A stretch of DNA of 64,000 nt from Actinomycetota bacterium. GTDB taxonomy: Bacteria > Actinomycetota > Acidimicrobiia > IMCC26256 > PALSA-610. Within the stretch, counting starts at the first letter, position 1, and each line of letters begins with the position of its first letter. The DNA lies in NCBI GenBank assembly GCA_003134555.1, contig PLBO01000131.1, positions 37,272 through 101,271 on the forward strand, in the 5' to 3' direction. The translations under genes and the position numbers were made by a program. Shown piece by piece: positions 1 through 8,724 of the stretch. The notes under the pieces are model-generated. The model had not been told where the DNA came from, made no database searches, and saw nothing but the letters and a program-made list of their open reading frames with translations.

Positions 1-555
1 TCCGTCGACGGTCGGCGTGGGCTCGACGTCGAAGCGCTCGGTCGCGAAGACGCCCAGCTGTCCGTCGTCGTCGAGCGCCGTGACGAGCGCGACATCGGCC
101 GCCGTCGCGTCGGCGACGTGCAACTTGACGCCGTCGAGTCGCCAGCTGCCGCCGTCGCGCGTCGCGCGGGTGGCCGGCTGCTGCCACAGGTATCGGGAAC
201 CGGCTTCGAAGATCGCGACCGTGCCGATCGTCGAGCCGTCGGCCAGCACAGGGAGCAGGTCGGCGTCGGCGAGCGAGACCGCTCCGATCGCCGACGACGC
301 GTACGGCGCCGGGCTCACCGCGCGGCCGAGCTCCTCGAGCACCACGGCCGCGTCGACCATTCCGCCGCCGCCGCCGTGCTCCTCGCCGACGAGCAGACCG
401 ACCACGCCGAGCTCGACCAGGCCGTCCCACACGGTCCGGTCGAAGATGGTGGCCTCGTACTCCGCACGCACCGTCGCCAGGGGCGCCTTCGCGCTGAGAA
501 ATGCGCGGACCGACGCCCGCAGCATTTCCTGTTCCGACGAGAATTCGAAGTCCAC
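1..555 (-). CDS. acyl-CoA dehydrogenase, N-terminal part (3' end runs off the left edge)
   Basis: Absent from the ORF track because it has no stop in the window. The reverse complement from GTG at 555-553 reads VDFEFSSEQEMLRASVRAFLSAKAPLATVRAEYEATIFDRTVWDGLVELGVVGLLVGEEHGGGGG..., a typical ACAD N-terminal domain. It replaces the low-complexity + ORF 17..577. Confidence 0.75.
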   Translation of the reverse strand, partial: MDFEFSSEQEMLRASVRAFLSAKAPLATVRAEYEATIFDRTVWDGLVELGVVGLLVGEEHGGGGGMVDAAVVLEELGRAVSPAPYASSAIGAVSLADADLLPVLADGSTIGTVAIFEAGSRYLWQQPATRATRDGGSWRLDGVKLHVADATAADVALVTALDDDGQLGVFATERFDVEPTPTVDG

Positions 556-570
556 GCGGCCCCCGGAGAT

Positions 571-592
571 TTCCTGACACTGACGTCAGGAA
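571..592. promoter_or_regulatory. palindromic operator candidate, CTGAC-N6-GTCAG (extended arms TTCCTGAC/GTCAGGAA)
   Basis: TTCCTGACACTGACGTCAGGAA sits in the 53-bp gap between the divergent ACAD genes. It lies 16 nt from ATG 609 and 15 nt from GTG 555. TACCCT (-10-like) lies at 595-600. Confidence 0.6.
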
Positions 593-608
593 ACTACCCT
601 GCGCTCCA

Positions 609-1802
609 ATGCGCCTGCGCTACGCACCCGAGGACGAGGCCTTCCGCGCCGAGCTCGACCGCTGGCTCGACGAGCACCAGCCATCCGACGAGCGGGTGCA
701 CGAGCCCAAGCAGTCGAGCGCGCACATGCCGCAGTGGGCTCGCGACTGGCAACGCGCGCTGTTCGACGCGGGTTGGCTGGTGCCCGGTTGGTCGCCGGAG
801 CTCGGGGGCCGCAACGCGACGCCGACTCAACAGATGATCTATTTCGAGGAGATGAGCAGCCGCGAGATCCTGCGCAGCGCGAATCCGCAGGGCCTCGGGA
901 TCATCGCACCCTCGATCAACGACTACGGCACGCCCGAACAGAAGGAACGATTCCTCGTGCCGACGTTGCGCGCGGAGATCTCGTGGTGCCTCGGCATGAG
1001 TGAACCGGGCGCCGGGAGCGACCTCGCGAGTCTCAAGACGCGCGCGGAGTTGATCGGCGACGAGTTCGTGGTGAACGGGCAGAAGGTGTGGACGTCGGGC
1101 GCGCACCACGCCGACTGGTGCTTGTGCTTCGTGCGCACCGATCCGGCCGCGCCCAAGCACAAGGGCATCAGCGCGCTCATCATCGACACGACGGCGCCCG
1201 GAGTCGAACGCCGACCCTTCCCCGAGCTCTCCGACAACGAATTCTGCGACTTCAACGAAGTGTTCTTCACCGACGTGCGGGTGCCCAAGGAGAATCTGAT
1301 GGGCCCGCTCAACGGCGGCTGGCCGATCACGCAAGGCTCGCTCGCGCACGAACGCGCGATGTTGTGGATCACCTACGCGTACGACGTGCAACGCGCGGTC
1401 AAGGCGCTCGTCGAGCTCGGAAAGTCGGAAGGCCCGAACGGGAAACCGCTCGGAGAGGACGCGCGCTATCGCGACGCCGTCGCCGGGTTCTACGTCGACG
1501 CGCAAGCGCTCATGACGATGGGATACCGCGGTTTCTCCAAGTTCCTCAAGGGCAAGTCGGCGCCCGAGCACTCGTTGCTCAAGCTCTACGGCAGCGAGTC
1601 GTTGCAGAAGGCGCTGTTGTTCGGCATGGAGGCGCTCGGTATGGAGGAGCTCGATCTCGCCTGCTTCGGGCCGCAGATGTGGCGCGAAGGATCTTGGGCC
1701 ATTCAGTACCTACGCAGCTTCGGCGCGACCATCCCGGGTGGTACGAGCGAGATCCAACGCAACATCATCGCCGAGCGCGTCCTCGGACTTCCCCGCGCGT
1801 GA
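609..1802 (+). CDS. acyl-CoA dehydrogenase family protein
   Basis: In-frame ATG at 609 inside ORF 501..1802 (MRLRYAPEDEAFRAELDRWL...). ACAD hallmarks: WCLGMSEPGAGSDLASLKTRA, NGQKVWTSGAHHADW and a C-terminal IPGGTSEIQRNIIAERVLGLP. Divergent from the other ACAD. Confidence 0.88.
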   Translation: MRLRYAPEDEAFRAELDRWLDEHQPSDERVHEPKQSSAHMPQWARDWQRALFDAGWLVPGWSPELGGRNATPTQQMIYFEEMSSREILRSANPQGLGIIAPSINDYGTPEQKERFLVPTLRAEISWCLGMSEPGAGSDLASLKTRAELIGDEFVVNGQKVWTSGAHHADWCLCFVRTDPAAPKHKGISALIIDTTAPGVERRPFPELSDNEFCDFNEVFFTDVRVPKENLMGPLNGGWPITQGSLAHERAMLWITYAYDVQRAVKALVELGKSEGPNGKPLGEDARYRDAVAGFYVDAQALMTMGYRGFSKFLKGKSAPEHSLLKLYGSESLQKALLFGMEALGMEELDLACFGPQMWREGSWAIQYLRSFGATIPGGTSEIQRNIIAERVLGLPRA

Positions 1803-3442
1803 TGGACTTCACGCCGCGCGTCGTCGACGAGCAGGACGCGCGTCGCTATATGGCCGAAGGCTTCTGGGGCGACGACAGCCTCGGTGCGCTTCTCGCCGCC
1901 GGTTTGCGCGACGCCGCGTCGCACCCCTTCACCGTGCGTTCCGATCGCATGCCCTATCGCGGCACGCTCGGCGAAGTCGACGCGCTCGCGCGGCGCGTCG
2001 CCGCGGGTCTGCGCGGGCGCGGCATCGGGCCCGGCGACGCGGTCGCGTTCCAACTCCCGAACTGGCTCGAAGCGGCCGCGACCTTTTACGCGATCACGTA
2101 TCTCGGAGCGGTGGTGGTGCCGATCGTCCACTTCTACGGCCCGAAGGAGGTCGGCTACATCCTGCGCAAGACGCGCGTGAAGGCGCTCGTGACCGCCGAC
2201 CGCTTCGGCCATCAGGACTTCCTCGCCAATCTCGCAGGCATGCGCGACACACTTGTCGATCTCGAATGGGTCGCGATCGTCGGCGATCGAACGAGCGATG
2301 CGGCCGACCCGCGCGATCTCGCGTTCGCCGATCTCGTCGCCGACGACCCGATCGACGCGATTCCCGCCGTCGATCCGCGCGCACCCGCGCTCGTCGCCTA
2401 CACGTCGGGCACGACCTCGGATCCGAAAGGCGTCGTGCACTCGCATCGTACGATCAACGCCGAGATCCACCAGCTCGCCGCGATGCAGAACGATCGCGGC
2501 GGCCCGGCGATGATCACGGGCGCGCCGGTAGGTCACGGCATCGGCATGCTCGCCGCATTGCTCGTCCCCGTGTTCCGCCGAAGCGAGATCCATCTCATCG
2601 ACGTGTGGGATCCCGGTCGGGTGTTGCAGGCGATGCTCGACGAGGGCCTGTCGGCCGGCCAGGGCTCGACGTACTTCCTCACGAGCCTGCTCGATCATCC
2701 CGACTACGACGTCGAGCGTCACGTTCCGCTGATGCCCTTCGTCGGTCTCGGCGGCTCGGCGGTGCCGGCCGCGGTCGGCGAGCGCTGCGCGGCGCTCGGC
2801 ATCGAGATCGCGCGCAGCTTCGGATCGACCGAGCACCCGTCGATCACCGGGAGCAGCCCTGACGCGCCGCACGACAAGCGCGTGAACACCGACGGACGCC
2901 CGTTGCCGGGCGTCGAGATCCGGCTCGTCGACGACGACGGCAACGACGTCGAGGTCGGCACGCCCGGTGAGATCTGGAGCCGCGGGCCGGAGCTGTTCGT
3001 CGGCTACACGGATGCGGCCGCGACGGAGGCCGCGTTCAGCGCCGACGGTTGGTTCATGACCGGCGACATCGGTGTCGTCGACGACGATGGTTACCTCGCG
3101 ATCACGGATCGCAAGAAGGACATCATCATCCGCGGCGGCGAGAACGTGAGCGCGCAGGAGGTCGAGGAGCTTCTCGTGCGGATGCCCGACGTCGCCGAGG
3201 TCGCGGTCGTCGCCGCGCCCGATGCGCGTCTCGGCGAGGTCGCATGCGCGTTCTTCCGAATGCAGACCGGCCACCGCGCGCCGGAGCCGGCCGAAGTGCG
3301 GGCCTATCTCGAGCAGGCCGGGATCGCGCGCCAGAAGTGGCCCGAACACCTGCGCGCGGTCGACGAGTTCCCGCGCACCGCGAGTGGGAAGGTCCAGAAG
3401 TTCGTGTTGCGCCAGCGGCTGCGCGACGACGCGAGCTCGTGA
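1802..3442 (+). CDS. AMP-dependent acyl-CoA synthetase/ligase
   Basis: ATG at 1802 overlaps the upstream TGA (TGATG). AMP-binding motifs: LVAYTSGTTSDPKGVVHSH, WFMTGDIGVVDDDGYLAITDRKKDIIIRGGENV and a C-terminal PRTASGKVQKF. Confidence 0.9.
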   Translation: MDFTPRVVDEQDARRYMAEGFWGDDSLGALLAAGLRDAASHPFTVRSDRMPYRGTLGEVDALARRVAAGLRGRGIGPGDAVAFQLPNWLEAAATFYAITYLGAVVVPIVHFYGPKEVGYILRKTRVKALVTADRFGHQDFLANLAGMRDTLVDLEWVAIVGDRTSDAADPRDLAFADLVADDPIDAIPAVDPRAPALVAYTSGTTSDPKGVVHSHRTINAEIHQLAAMQNDRGGPAMITGAPVGHGIGMLAALLVPVFRRSEIHLIDVWDPGRVLQAMLDEGLSAGQGSTYFLTSLLDHPDYDVERHVPLMPFVGLGGSAVPAAVGERCAALGIEIARSFGSTEHPSITGSSPDAPHDKRVNTDGRPLPGVEIRLVDDDGNDVEVGTPGEIWSRGPELFVGYTDAAATEAAFSADGWFMTGDIGVVDDDGYLAITDRKKDIIIRGGENVSAQEVEELLVRMPDVAEVAVVAAPDARLGEVACAFFRMQTGHRAPEPAEVRAYLEQAGIARQKWPEHLRAVDEFPRTASGKVQKFVLRQRLRDDASS

Positions 3443-3443
3443 C

Positions 3444-4508
3444 GTGACCGGGCTGCTCGACGGCATGCGCGTCCTCGACGCGGGGATCTGGCGTCCGGTC
3501 CCGCACGCAACTCAGATGCTGGCTGATCTCGGCGCCCAAGTGTTGAAGATCGAGCCGCCCGGCGGTGACCCGATGCGGACCTTTCCGAACTTGTTCCGCG
3601 ACGTCGCGGGTCACAAGCGGAGCATCGAGCTCAATCTCCGCAGCGCCGAAGGTAAGGCGCGCGGACTCGAGCTGGTCGCCGAGGCCGACGTGTTCTGCGA
3701 AGGATGGCGGCCCGGAGTCGCGGCGCGTCTCGGCCTGAGCTACGACGACGTGCGGGCGCGCAACCCGTCGATCATCTACTGCTCGGTGTCGGGCTACGGC
3801 CAGACCGGGCCGAATGTCGAACGCCCGGGACACGACGTGAACTACCAGGCACTCGCGGGCGCACTCGCGCCGCGCGGCGGGGAGGAACCGGCGATCCCGC
3901 GTGTCCCCATCGCCGATCTCGCGGCGGGAACGATGGCCGCGTTGTGCATCTGCGCGGCGTGGGCGAAACGGATCCAGACCGGCGAGGGGGAGCGCATCGA
4001 CGTCGCGATGGCCGACGTGGTCGCGTCCTGGTCGGGAACGAGCTCCGGCAACGTGCTGCGCGGTCGGACTCAGCCGACGCGTGGGTCAGCCGGTTACGGC
4101 GTGTTCGCGTGCGCGGACGGCGGGTGGATCACGTTGGCGGTCATCTCCGAGGACCATTTCTGGCAGGCCGTGTGCGACGGGCTCTCGCTGCCGGACGAGC
4201 TCCGCGCGCTCGGCCATCTCGAACGTCTCGACCGTTTCGACGAGTGTCAGTCCGCGATCGCTGCGACCTGCGCGCGGCTCACGCGCGACGAGGCGCTGGA
4301 GCGGCTGACGGTGGCGGGCGCGCCCGTCGCGCCCCTCCTCGACCCGTCGGAGATGGCGGCGAGCGAACAGTTCCGTGTGCGCGAGGTCGTCGTCGACGCG
4401 GGTGACGGAACTGCGCGCCTCGGTTTCCCCGCTCGTCTGCAAGTGCATCCGCCGCGGTCGCCCGGACCGACCCCCGAAGTCGACCGCGACCGGGACGGAT
4501 GGGCGTGA
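3444..4508 (+). CDS. CoA transferase, family III (CaiB/BaiF-like)
   Basis: In-frame GTG at 3444, 2 nt after the upstream stop. N-terminus: LLDGMRVLDAGIWRPVPHATQMLADLGAQVLKIEPPGGDPMR. Also GYGQTGPNVERPGHDVNYQA, typical of family III CoA-transferases. Confidence 0.85.
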   Translation: MTGLLDGMRVLDAGIWRPVPHATQMLADLGAQVLKIEPPGGDPMRTFPNLFRDVAGHKRSIELNLRSAEGKARGLELVAEADVFCEGWRPGVAARLGLSYDDVRARNPSIIYCSVSGYGQTGPNVERPGHDVNYQALAGALAPRGGEEPAIPRVPIADLAAGTMAALCICAAWAKRIQTGEGERIDVAMADVVASWSGTSSGNVLRGRTQPTRGSAGYGVFACADGGWITLAVISEDHFWQAVCDGLSLPDELRALGHLERLDRFDECQSAIAATCARLTRDEALERLTVAGAPVAPLLDPSEMAASEQFRVREVVVDAGDGTARLGFPARLQVHPPRSPGPTPEVDRDRDGWA

Positions 4509-4520
4509 GCGGCCACACGT

Positions 4521-5120
4521 TCATGCGCGCGGCGGCGGGCTGAGTCGCGCCAGCAAGGTGACGACGAAAATGTCGAGCGTGACGATCACGATGCAGATGA
4601 CGGCGTTGCCGGGCGTAAAGTATTCGCCACCTTCCGAGCCTCCCGGGAAGTTGTAGGTGAACTGGTGCGTCTCGGTAATGAGGATCCACAGCCCAACGAG
4701 GATGGGAACTTGGAAGCCGACAAGAACGAGTCCGCCAAGGAGTGAGAGGGACCGTTGCGTGCTCGTCGCCCGGACGAACGCGATCATGAACAAGGCGCCC
4801 GCCAGCCAGATCGGCACCGCCGCGATCGAAACGATTGCGAGCGGCAAACACGCAATGCCCGCGGCGCCGAAGAGGACCGGGCGGTCGATTGCCACGCCGA
4901 TCAAGGCCACAATGCCCGGCGCGGCCAGGGCGATGACGATGGCAAGCGTCGGAAGCGGCCCTTCCACGTGGCGTTCCCCGATCGAACCGTGCGTTGCCCG
5001 GATCGCCCCGAGTCCCGCCGCCAAAACCAGATCAGTCAGAGCGCCGACGATCGCCGGCGTCGTCCCTGATCGTCGGCGTTGCCGGGTGGCAAGGGCGAAG
5101 GGCACGGCTGAACCATACAT
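4521..5120 (-). CDS. integral membrane protein, unknown function
   Basis: 199-aa ORF with about 5-6 hydrophobic spans (LPTLAIVIALAAPGIVALIGVAI, LLGGLVLVGFQVPILVGLWILI...). Divergent from TetR across only 33 bp. Confidence 0.6.
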   Translation of the reverse strand: MYGSAVPFALATRQRRRSGTTPAIVGALTDLVLAAGLGAIRATHGSIGERHVEGPLPTLAIVIALAAPGIVALIGVAIDRPVLFGAAGIACLPLAIVSIAAVPIWLAGALFMIAFVRATSTQRSLSLLGGLVLVGFQVPILVGLWILITETHQFTYNFPGGSEGGEYFTPGNAVICIVIVTLDIFVVTLLARLSPPPRA

Positions 5121-5147
5121 ACGTATGAACTAGCGGGCAACTAGGCT
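5118..5147. promoter_or_regulatory. TetR / membrane-protein divergent control region
   Basis: The whole intergenic gap is 33 bp. It holds a 10-bp palindrome CATACGTATG (5118-5127, including the minus-gene ATG). AACTAG occurs as a direct repeat 11 bp apart (5128-5133 and 5139-5144). TAGGCT (5142-5147) lies 6 nt before the TetR ATG, which suggests a leaderless transcript. Confidence 0.4.
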
Positions 5148-5153
5148 GCCGCC

Positions 5154-5744
5154 ATGGCTTCCGAGACACGTGAACGCTTGGTCGACGCCGCCTGGGAGTG
5201 CGTCCGCAAGGGCGGCGCGGTCGGGGCGACATCTCGAGCCATCACGGGCGCAGCCGAGGCCAACCTCGGCGCGATCACCTACTACTTCGGGTCGAAGGAC
5301 GCGCTCTTGGCCGAAGCGGTCGGCGGAGCCATCGAGGCGCTCGTCGGCCCCGCGCTCGAGGCCCTCCAAGACGAAGCTCTCGATCCCGTGAGCAGGGTTC
5401 TCGAGGCCATCGAGCAATTGCAACAGGCTTACGAGCAGTCAACTGATGACGCAGCCGTCTACCTGGAGGTATTGGTCCAGAGCCGGCGACAGCCAGAGTT
5501 GCAACGGCGCGTGAGTCAGGTATTCGCCGAGATCCGTTCAATCCTGGCGACGCAGATGGAGGAGTTGCAGGCGCGAGGTTTTCTTCCCGACTGGGTGCAG
5601 CCCGAGCCAATGGCGGGCCTGCTCCTTGCCGTCGCCCAAGGGGTGGTGTTGCAGACCGCGATCGACAGTGCCGGTCCGCCCCATACATCAATGGCGGACC
5701 AGTTCGCCCGACTGTTATTCGCGAGTAGCGCCCATGCGCAGTGA
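5154..5744 (+). CDS. TetR/AcrR family transcriptional regulator
   Basis: N-terminal HTH: RERLVDAAWECVRKGGAVGATSRAITGAAEANLGAITYYFGSKDALL. Size is 196 aa. Confidence 0.88.
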   Translation: MASETRERLVDAAWECVRKGGAVGATSRAITGAAEANLGAITYYFGSKDALLAEAVGGAIEALVGPALEALQDEALDPVSRVLEAIEQLQQAYEQSTDDAAVYLEVLVQSRRQPELQRRVSQVFAEIRSILATQMEELQARGFLPDWVQPEPMAGLLLAVAQGVVLQTAIDSAGPPHTSMADQFARLLFASSAHAQ

Positions 5745-5763
5745 TTCGCCGCGGCGCAGACCG

Positions 5764-7434
5764 TCAGGACGAGCGCAGGAGCTTGCCGGGCCGGGCCGCG
5801 AGCGCGGCGTCGACGGGAGTTCCGTCCTCGCGAATCACGGTGCCGTTGACCATGACGTGACTGATCCCCTCGGGGCGATCGGCAACGAGCCGTTCGCCGT
5901 CGGCGGGGAAGTCGCGGATCCGACGAAGTGGCCCGGGCGCGACCTTCTCGAAATCGAGCACGACGACGTCGGCGGCCTTGCCGACCTCGAGCGTGCCGCG
6001 ATCGTGCAGTCCGAACACCGACGCCGGTTCGCCGGTCAGTTTGTGGATCGCGTGTTCGAGCGGCATGACCTCTTTGTCGCGCACCCAGTTGCCGAGGAGG
6101 TCGGTCGCGAAGCACGCGTCGCAGAGTTGCGTGACGTGCGCACCGGAGTCGGCAAGGCCGAGGAGGACGGTGTCCTGGGGCAGTAGCCACGCGATCGCCT
6201 CGGGATCGTTGTTCGCGAGCACGCTCGTGAACCGGGTCTCGAGGTTCTCCTCGATCGACACGTCGAGCATCACGTCGAGCGGGGTGACGCCGCGCTCGGT
6301 CGCGATGTCCGTCACCTTGCGGCCGATGAGGTCGGGACGGGTCGGCGACTCGGCGACCGCGAGGGAATCGAAGTTCATCGGGAGCGCGCCCCGTGTGCCC
6401 TGCATCTCCTCCCACGCCCGGGCCCGCCAGGCCGGGTCGCGATACGCCTTGAGCCGCACGTCGTCGGGACGATCCATCAGCTCTTGGAACGCGGCGCGCA
6501 TGTTGAACGTGAACGGCTCGCGCAGGTTCATCTGGAACGTCAGCGGCCGGCACGACACCTGGGGCCACACTTCGATGCCCTGGGCGCGTGCCTCGGTGTT
6601 CGCCTTCATGATGCGCTCGTGCCACGGGTAGCCCTTCACGGTGAGCAGCGCGGTCCACGTGAGCGGACGTCGGGTCGCGCGCTGGAGCTCGTAGACGTCG
6701 GCGTGCGTCACCTTCTCGCCGGGGAGCAGCGCCGCGACACCCTTGTGCGAGTCGCGCAGCGGCTCGAGGAGCGAGCGGAGCTCCGCGAGGTCGGCGACAC
6801 GTGAGGGCACAGGTCGGCCGCGGTCGCCGCTGTGCGTCGGTGACGAAGAAGTGGCAAAGCCGGCTGCCCCCGCGGCCATCGCATCGGCGATGACCGCCTG
6901 CATCTTGCGGATCTCGTCGTCGGTCGCGGCGCGCTCGTAGCCCGCTTCCCCCATGACGAATATGCGCACCGCGGTGTGGCCGACGTAGCACGCGAAGTTG
7001 ATGAGCGTGCCGCGCGCCTCGATCGAATCGAGATACTGCGGGAAGGTCTCGAACTCGTCCCACGGAACGCCGGCGAAGAGCGTGTCGGGCGACATGTCCT
7101 CGACGTGCTGCAGCGTGCGGACGAGCAGTTCGCGGTGTTCAGGTCGGACGGGCGCGATCGAAAAGCCGCAGTTGCCCGCCACCACCGACGTCACACCGTG
7201 CCAGCAGCTCGGGGAGAGCGCCGGATCCCAGAAGACCTGAGCGTCGTAGTGCGTGTGGATGTCGACGAAGCCGGGTGTGACCATGTGACCGGACGCGTCG
7301 AGCTCGCGACGGCCGGAGAGGCCTTGCCCGATCTCGGAGATGACCCCGTCGGTGACGGCGACGTCGGCGGCCCGACCGGGCGCCCCGGTGCCGTCTACGA
7401 CCGTGCCACCCCGGACAACAACGTCTGCAGTCAT
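5764..7434 (-). CDS. N-acyl-D-amino-acid deacylase (D-aminoacylase) family amidohydrolase
   Basis: 556 aa. Starts MTADVVVRGGTVVDGTGAPGRAADVAVTDGVISEIG...VTPGFVDIHTHYD, the metal-dependent amidohydrolase signature. GAGGAG Shine-Dalgarno lies 4 nt upstream of the ATG. Confidence 0.82.
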   Translation of the reverse strand: MTADVVVRGGTVVDGTGAPGRAADVAVTDGVISEIGQGLSGRRELDASGHMVTPGFVDIHTHYDAQVFWDPALSPSCWHGVTSVVAGNCGFSIAPVRPEHRELLVRTLQHVEDMSPDTLFAGVPWDEFETFPQYLDSIEARGTLINFACYVGHTAVRIFVMGEAGYERAATDDEIRKMQAVIADAMAAGAAGFATSSSPTHSGDRGRPVPSRVADLAELRSLLEPLRDSHKGVAALLPGEKVTHADVYELQRATRRPLTWTALLTVKGYPWHERIMKANTEARAQGIEVWPQVSCRPLTFQMNLREPFTFNMRAAFQELMDRPDDVRLKAYRDPAWRARAWEEMQGTRGALPMNFDSLAVAESPTRPDLIGRKVTDIATERGVTPLDVMLDVSIEENLETRFTSVLANNDPEAIAWLLPQDTVLLGLADSGAHVTQLCDACFATDLLGNWVRDKEVMPLEHAIHKLTGEPASVFGLHDRGTLEVGKAADVVVLDFEKVAPGPLRRIRDFPADGERLVADRPEGISHVMVNGTVIREDGTPVDAALAARPGKLLRSS

Positions 7435-7449
7435 GACTCTCCTCGGAGA

Positions 7450-7465
7450 CTGACGCCCACGTCAG
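7450..7465. promoter_or_regulatory. palindromic operator candidate, CTGAC-N6-GTCAG
   Basis: CTGACGCCCACGTCAG, 15 nt upstream of the deacylase ATG (7434, minus strand) and immediately before its GAGGAG Shine-Dalgarno. Confidence 0.6.
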
Positions 7466-7500
7466 CGTCGCCCGCCAGTCTCGCGCACCAGTTTTCCTCC

Positions 7501-7600
7501 CAACAGTTTGGTGGAAAACCGGCGCCACGCGTACAGAAGGTCACCCAACTGTTTGGTGGAATTCCGGCGCCACGCGTACAGAAAGTCACCCAACTGTTGG
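7501..7600. repeat. 45-bp tandem direct repeat, about 2.2 copies, intergenic
   Basis: Copy 1 (7501-7545) is caacagtttggtggaaaaccggcgccacgcgtacagaaggtcacc. Copy 2 (7546-7590) is caactgtttggtggaattccggcgccacgcgtacagaaagtcacc, with 4 mismatches. A partial third copy (caactgttgg) lies at 7591-7600. Confidence 0.9.
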
Positions 7601-7627
7601 CGCACTTTCCGGGGGGTGGGGGCGTAG

Positions 7628-7643
7628 TTGACGTGCGTGTCAG
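7628..7643. promoter_or_regulatory. palindromic operator candidate, variant TTGAC-N6-GTCAG
   Basis: TTGACGTGCGTGTCAG, 20 nt upstream of the ADH ATG at 7664. One mismatch to the consensus. Its spacer resembles the 31733 copy (ATGCGT versus GTGCGT). Confidence 0.5.
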
Positions 7644-7663
7644 GTTCGGGCGACCCTTCTGGC

Positions 7664-8713
7664 ATGACGCACGTGCCCGAGACCATGCCGGCCGCAGTGT
7701 TCATGGGACTGCGGGACGTGGCGATCGAGGACCGGCCTACCCCGGAGCCCGGCCCGGGCGAGCTGCTCCTCGAGGTCAGTCACTGCGGGATCTGCGGCTC
7801 CGACCTGCATTTCCTCCTCGAATGGGGTGGCCGATCCGGGGTCATCGAAGGCCACGAGTATTCGGGCACCGTCGCGGCGCTCGGCTCCGGCGTCACGGAT
7901 TGGGCAGTCGGCGATCGCGTGATCGGCGGCCCGTCGCCCAAGTGCGGACGCTGCGAATACTGCCTCGCGCACCGGACCTCGCTCTGCGTCGAGCGGGGCG
8001 GGGTCGGAGGCGACGACGGCACCTGGCAGGGGGCATTCGCCGGCTACAAGACGGTGCGCGCGGCCGAGGCGCTGCGCGTTCCCGACGGCCTGTCGCTCAA
8101 GCACGCCGCGCTCACCGAGCCGCTGGCGGTCGCGCTGCACGGCATCACGCGCGCGGGAGGCGCCCGGCCCGGCACGCGCTGGCTCGTGACGGGCGGCGGT
8201 CCGATCGGCTTTTTGTCGGTGGCGGCCTTGAAGGCGCTCGGCATCGACGACGTCGTGGTCAGCGAGCCCAAGGAGAGCCGGCGGGCTTTGTGCGAGAAAC
8301 TCGGTGCTCGCGCCGTCGACCCCGCGGATCTCGTCACGCCCGCGATGCCGTACGACTTGGTCGACGAGCCGTTCGACGTCGCGCTGGAGTGCTCCGGTAA
8401 CGGCCGCGCCCAGGAGTCGGCGCTCGCGCAGCTGAAGCGCGGGGGCACGCTCGTGCTCGTCGGCGCGGGCATGGCCCGTCCGAAGTTCGATCCGAATCGC
8501 ATCCTGTTGAACGAGCTCGTCATCACGGGCGCGTTCGTCTACGACCACGACGGCTTCCCGCGCGCGCTCGAACTTCTCGCGTCGGGCCGACTGGCGAACG
8601 ACCTGCTCGTGGAGCAGGAGGACTACCCGCTCAACCGGCTCCTCGACGCGGCCGTCGGCTTGCACGAGGGCGACCTCGCGGCCAAGGCCATGATCGTGCC
8701 CCGAGTCTCGTAA
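7664..8713 (+). CDS. zinc-dependent alcohol/threonine dehydrogenase-like (MDR family) oxidoreductase
   Basis: In-frame ATG at 7664 in ORF 7628..8713. Motifs: EVSHCGICGSDLHF, GHEYSGTV, a second Zn site (CGRCEYCLAHRTSLC) and Rossmann GGGPIGFL. Confidence 0.85.
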   Translation: MTHVPETMPAAVFMGLRDVAIEDRPTPEPGPGELLLEVSHCGICGSDLHFLLEWGGRSGVIEGHEYSGTVAALGSGVTDWAVGDRVIGGPSPKCGRCEYCLAHRTSLCVERGGVGGDDGTWQGAFAGYKTVRAAEALRVPDGLSLKHAALTEPLAVALHGITRAGGARPGTRWLVTGGGPIGFLSVAALKALGIDDVVVSEPKESRRALCEKLGARAVDPADLVTPAMPYDLVDEPFDVALECSGNGRAQESALAQLKRGGTLVLVGAGMARPKFDPNRILLNELVITGAFVYDHDGFPRALELLASGRLANDLLVEQEDYPLNRLLDAAVGLHEGDLAAKAMIVPRVS

Positions 8714-8724
8714 GGAGCGCACCG

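Noticed and set aside
17-577. A plus-strand 186-aa ORF at the left edge.
   Set aside because: Its translation is low-complexity and Ser/Pro/Thr/Ala-rich. The opposite strand encodes a convincing acyl-CoA dehydrogenase N-terminus starting at GTG 555.
4074-4089. CCGACGCGTGGGTCAG, a one-mismatch copy of the palindrome inside the CoA-transferase gene.
   Set aside because: It lies within coding sequence, and one-mismatch matches are expected by chance at a roughly 30-fold higher rate. It is kept only as a note for a genome-wide scan.
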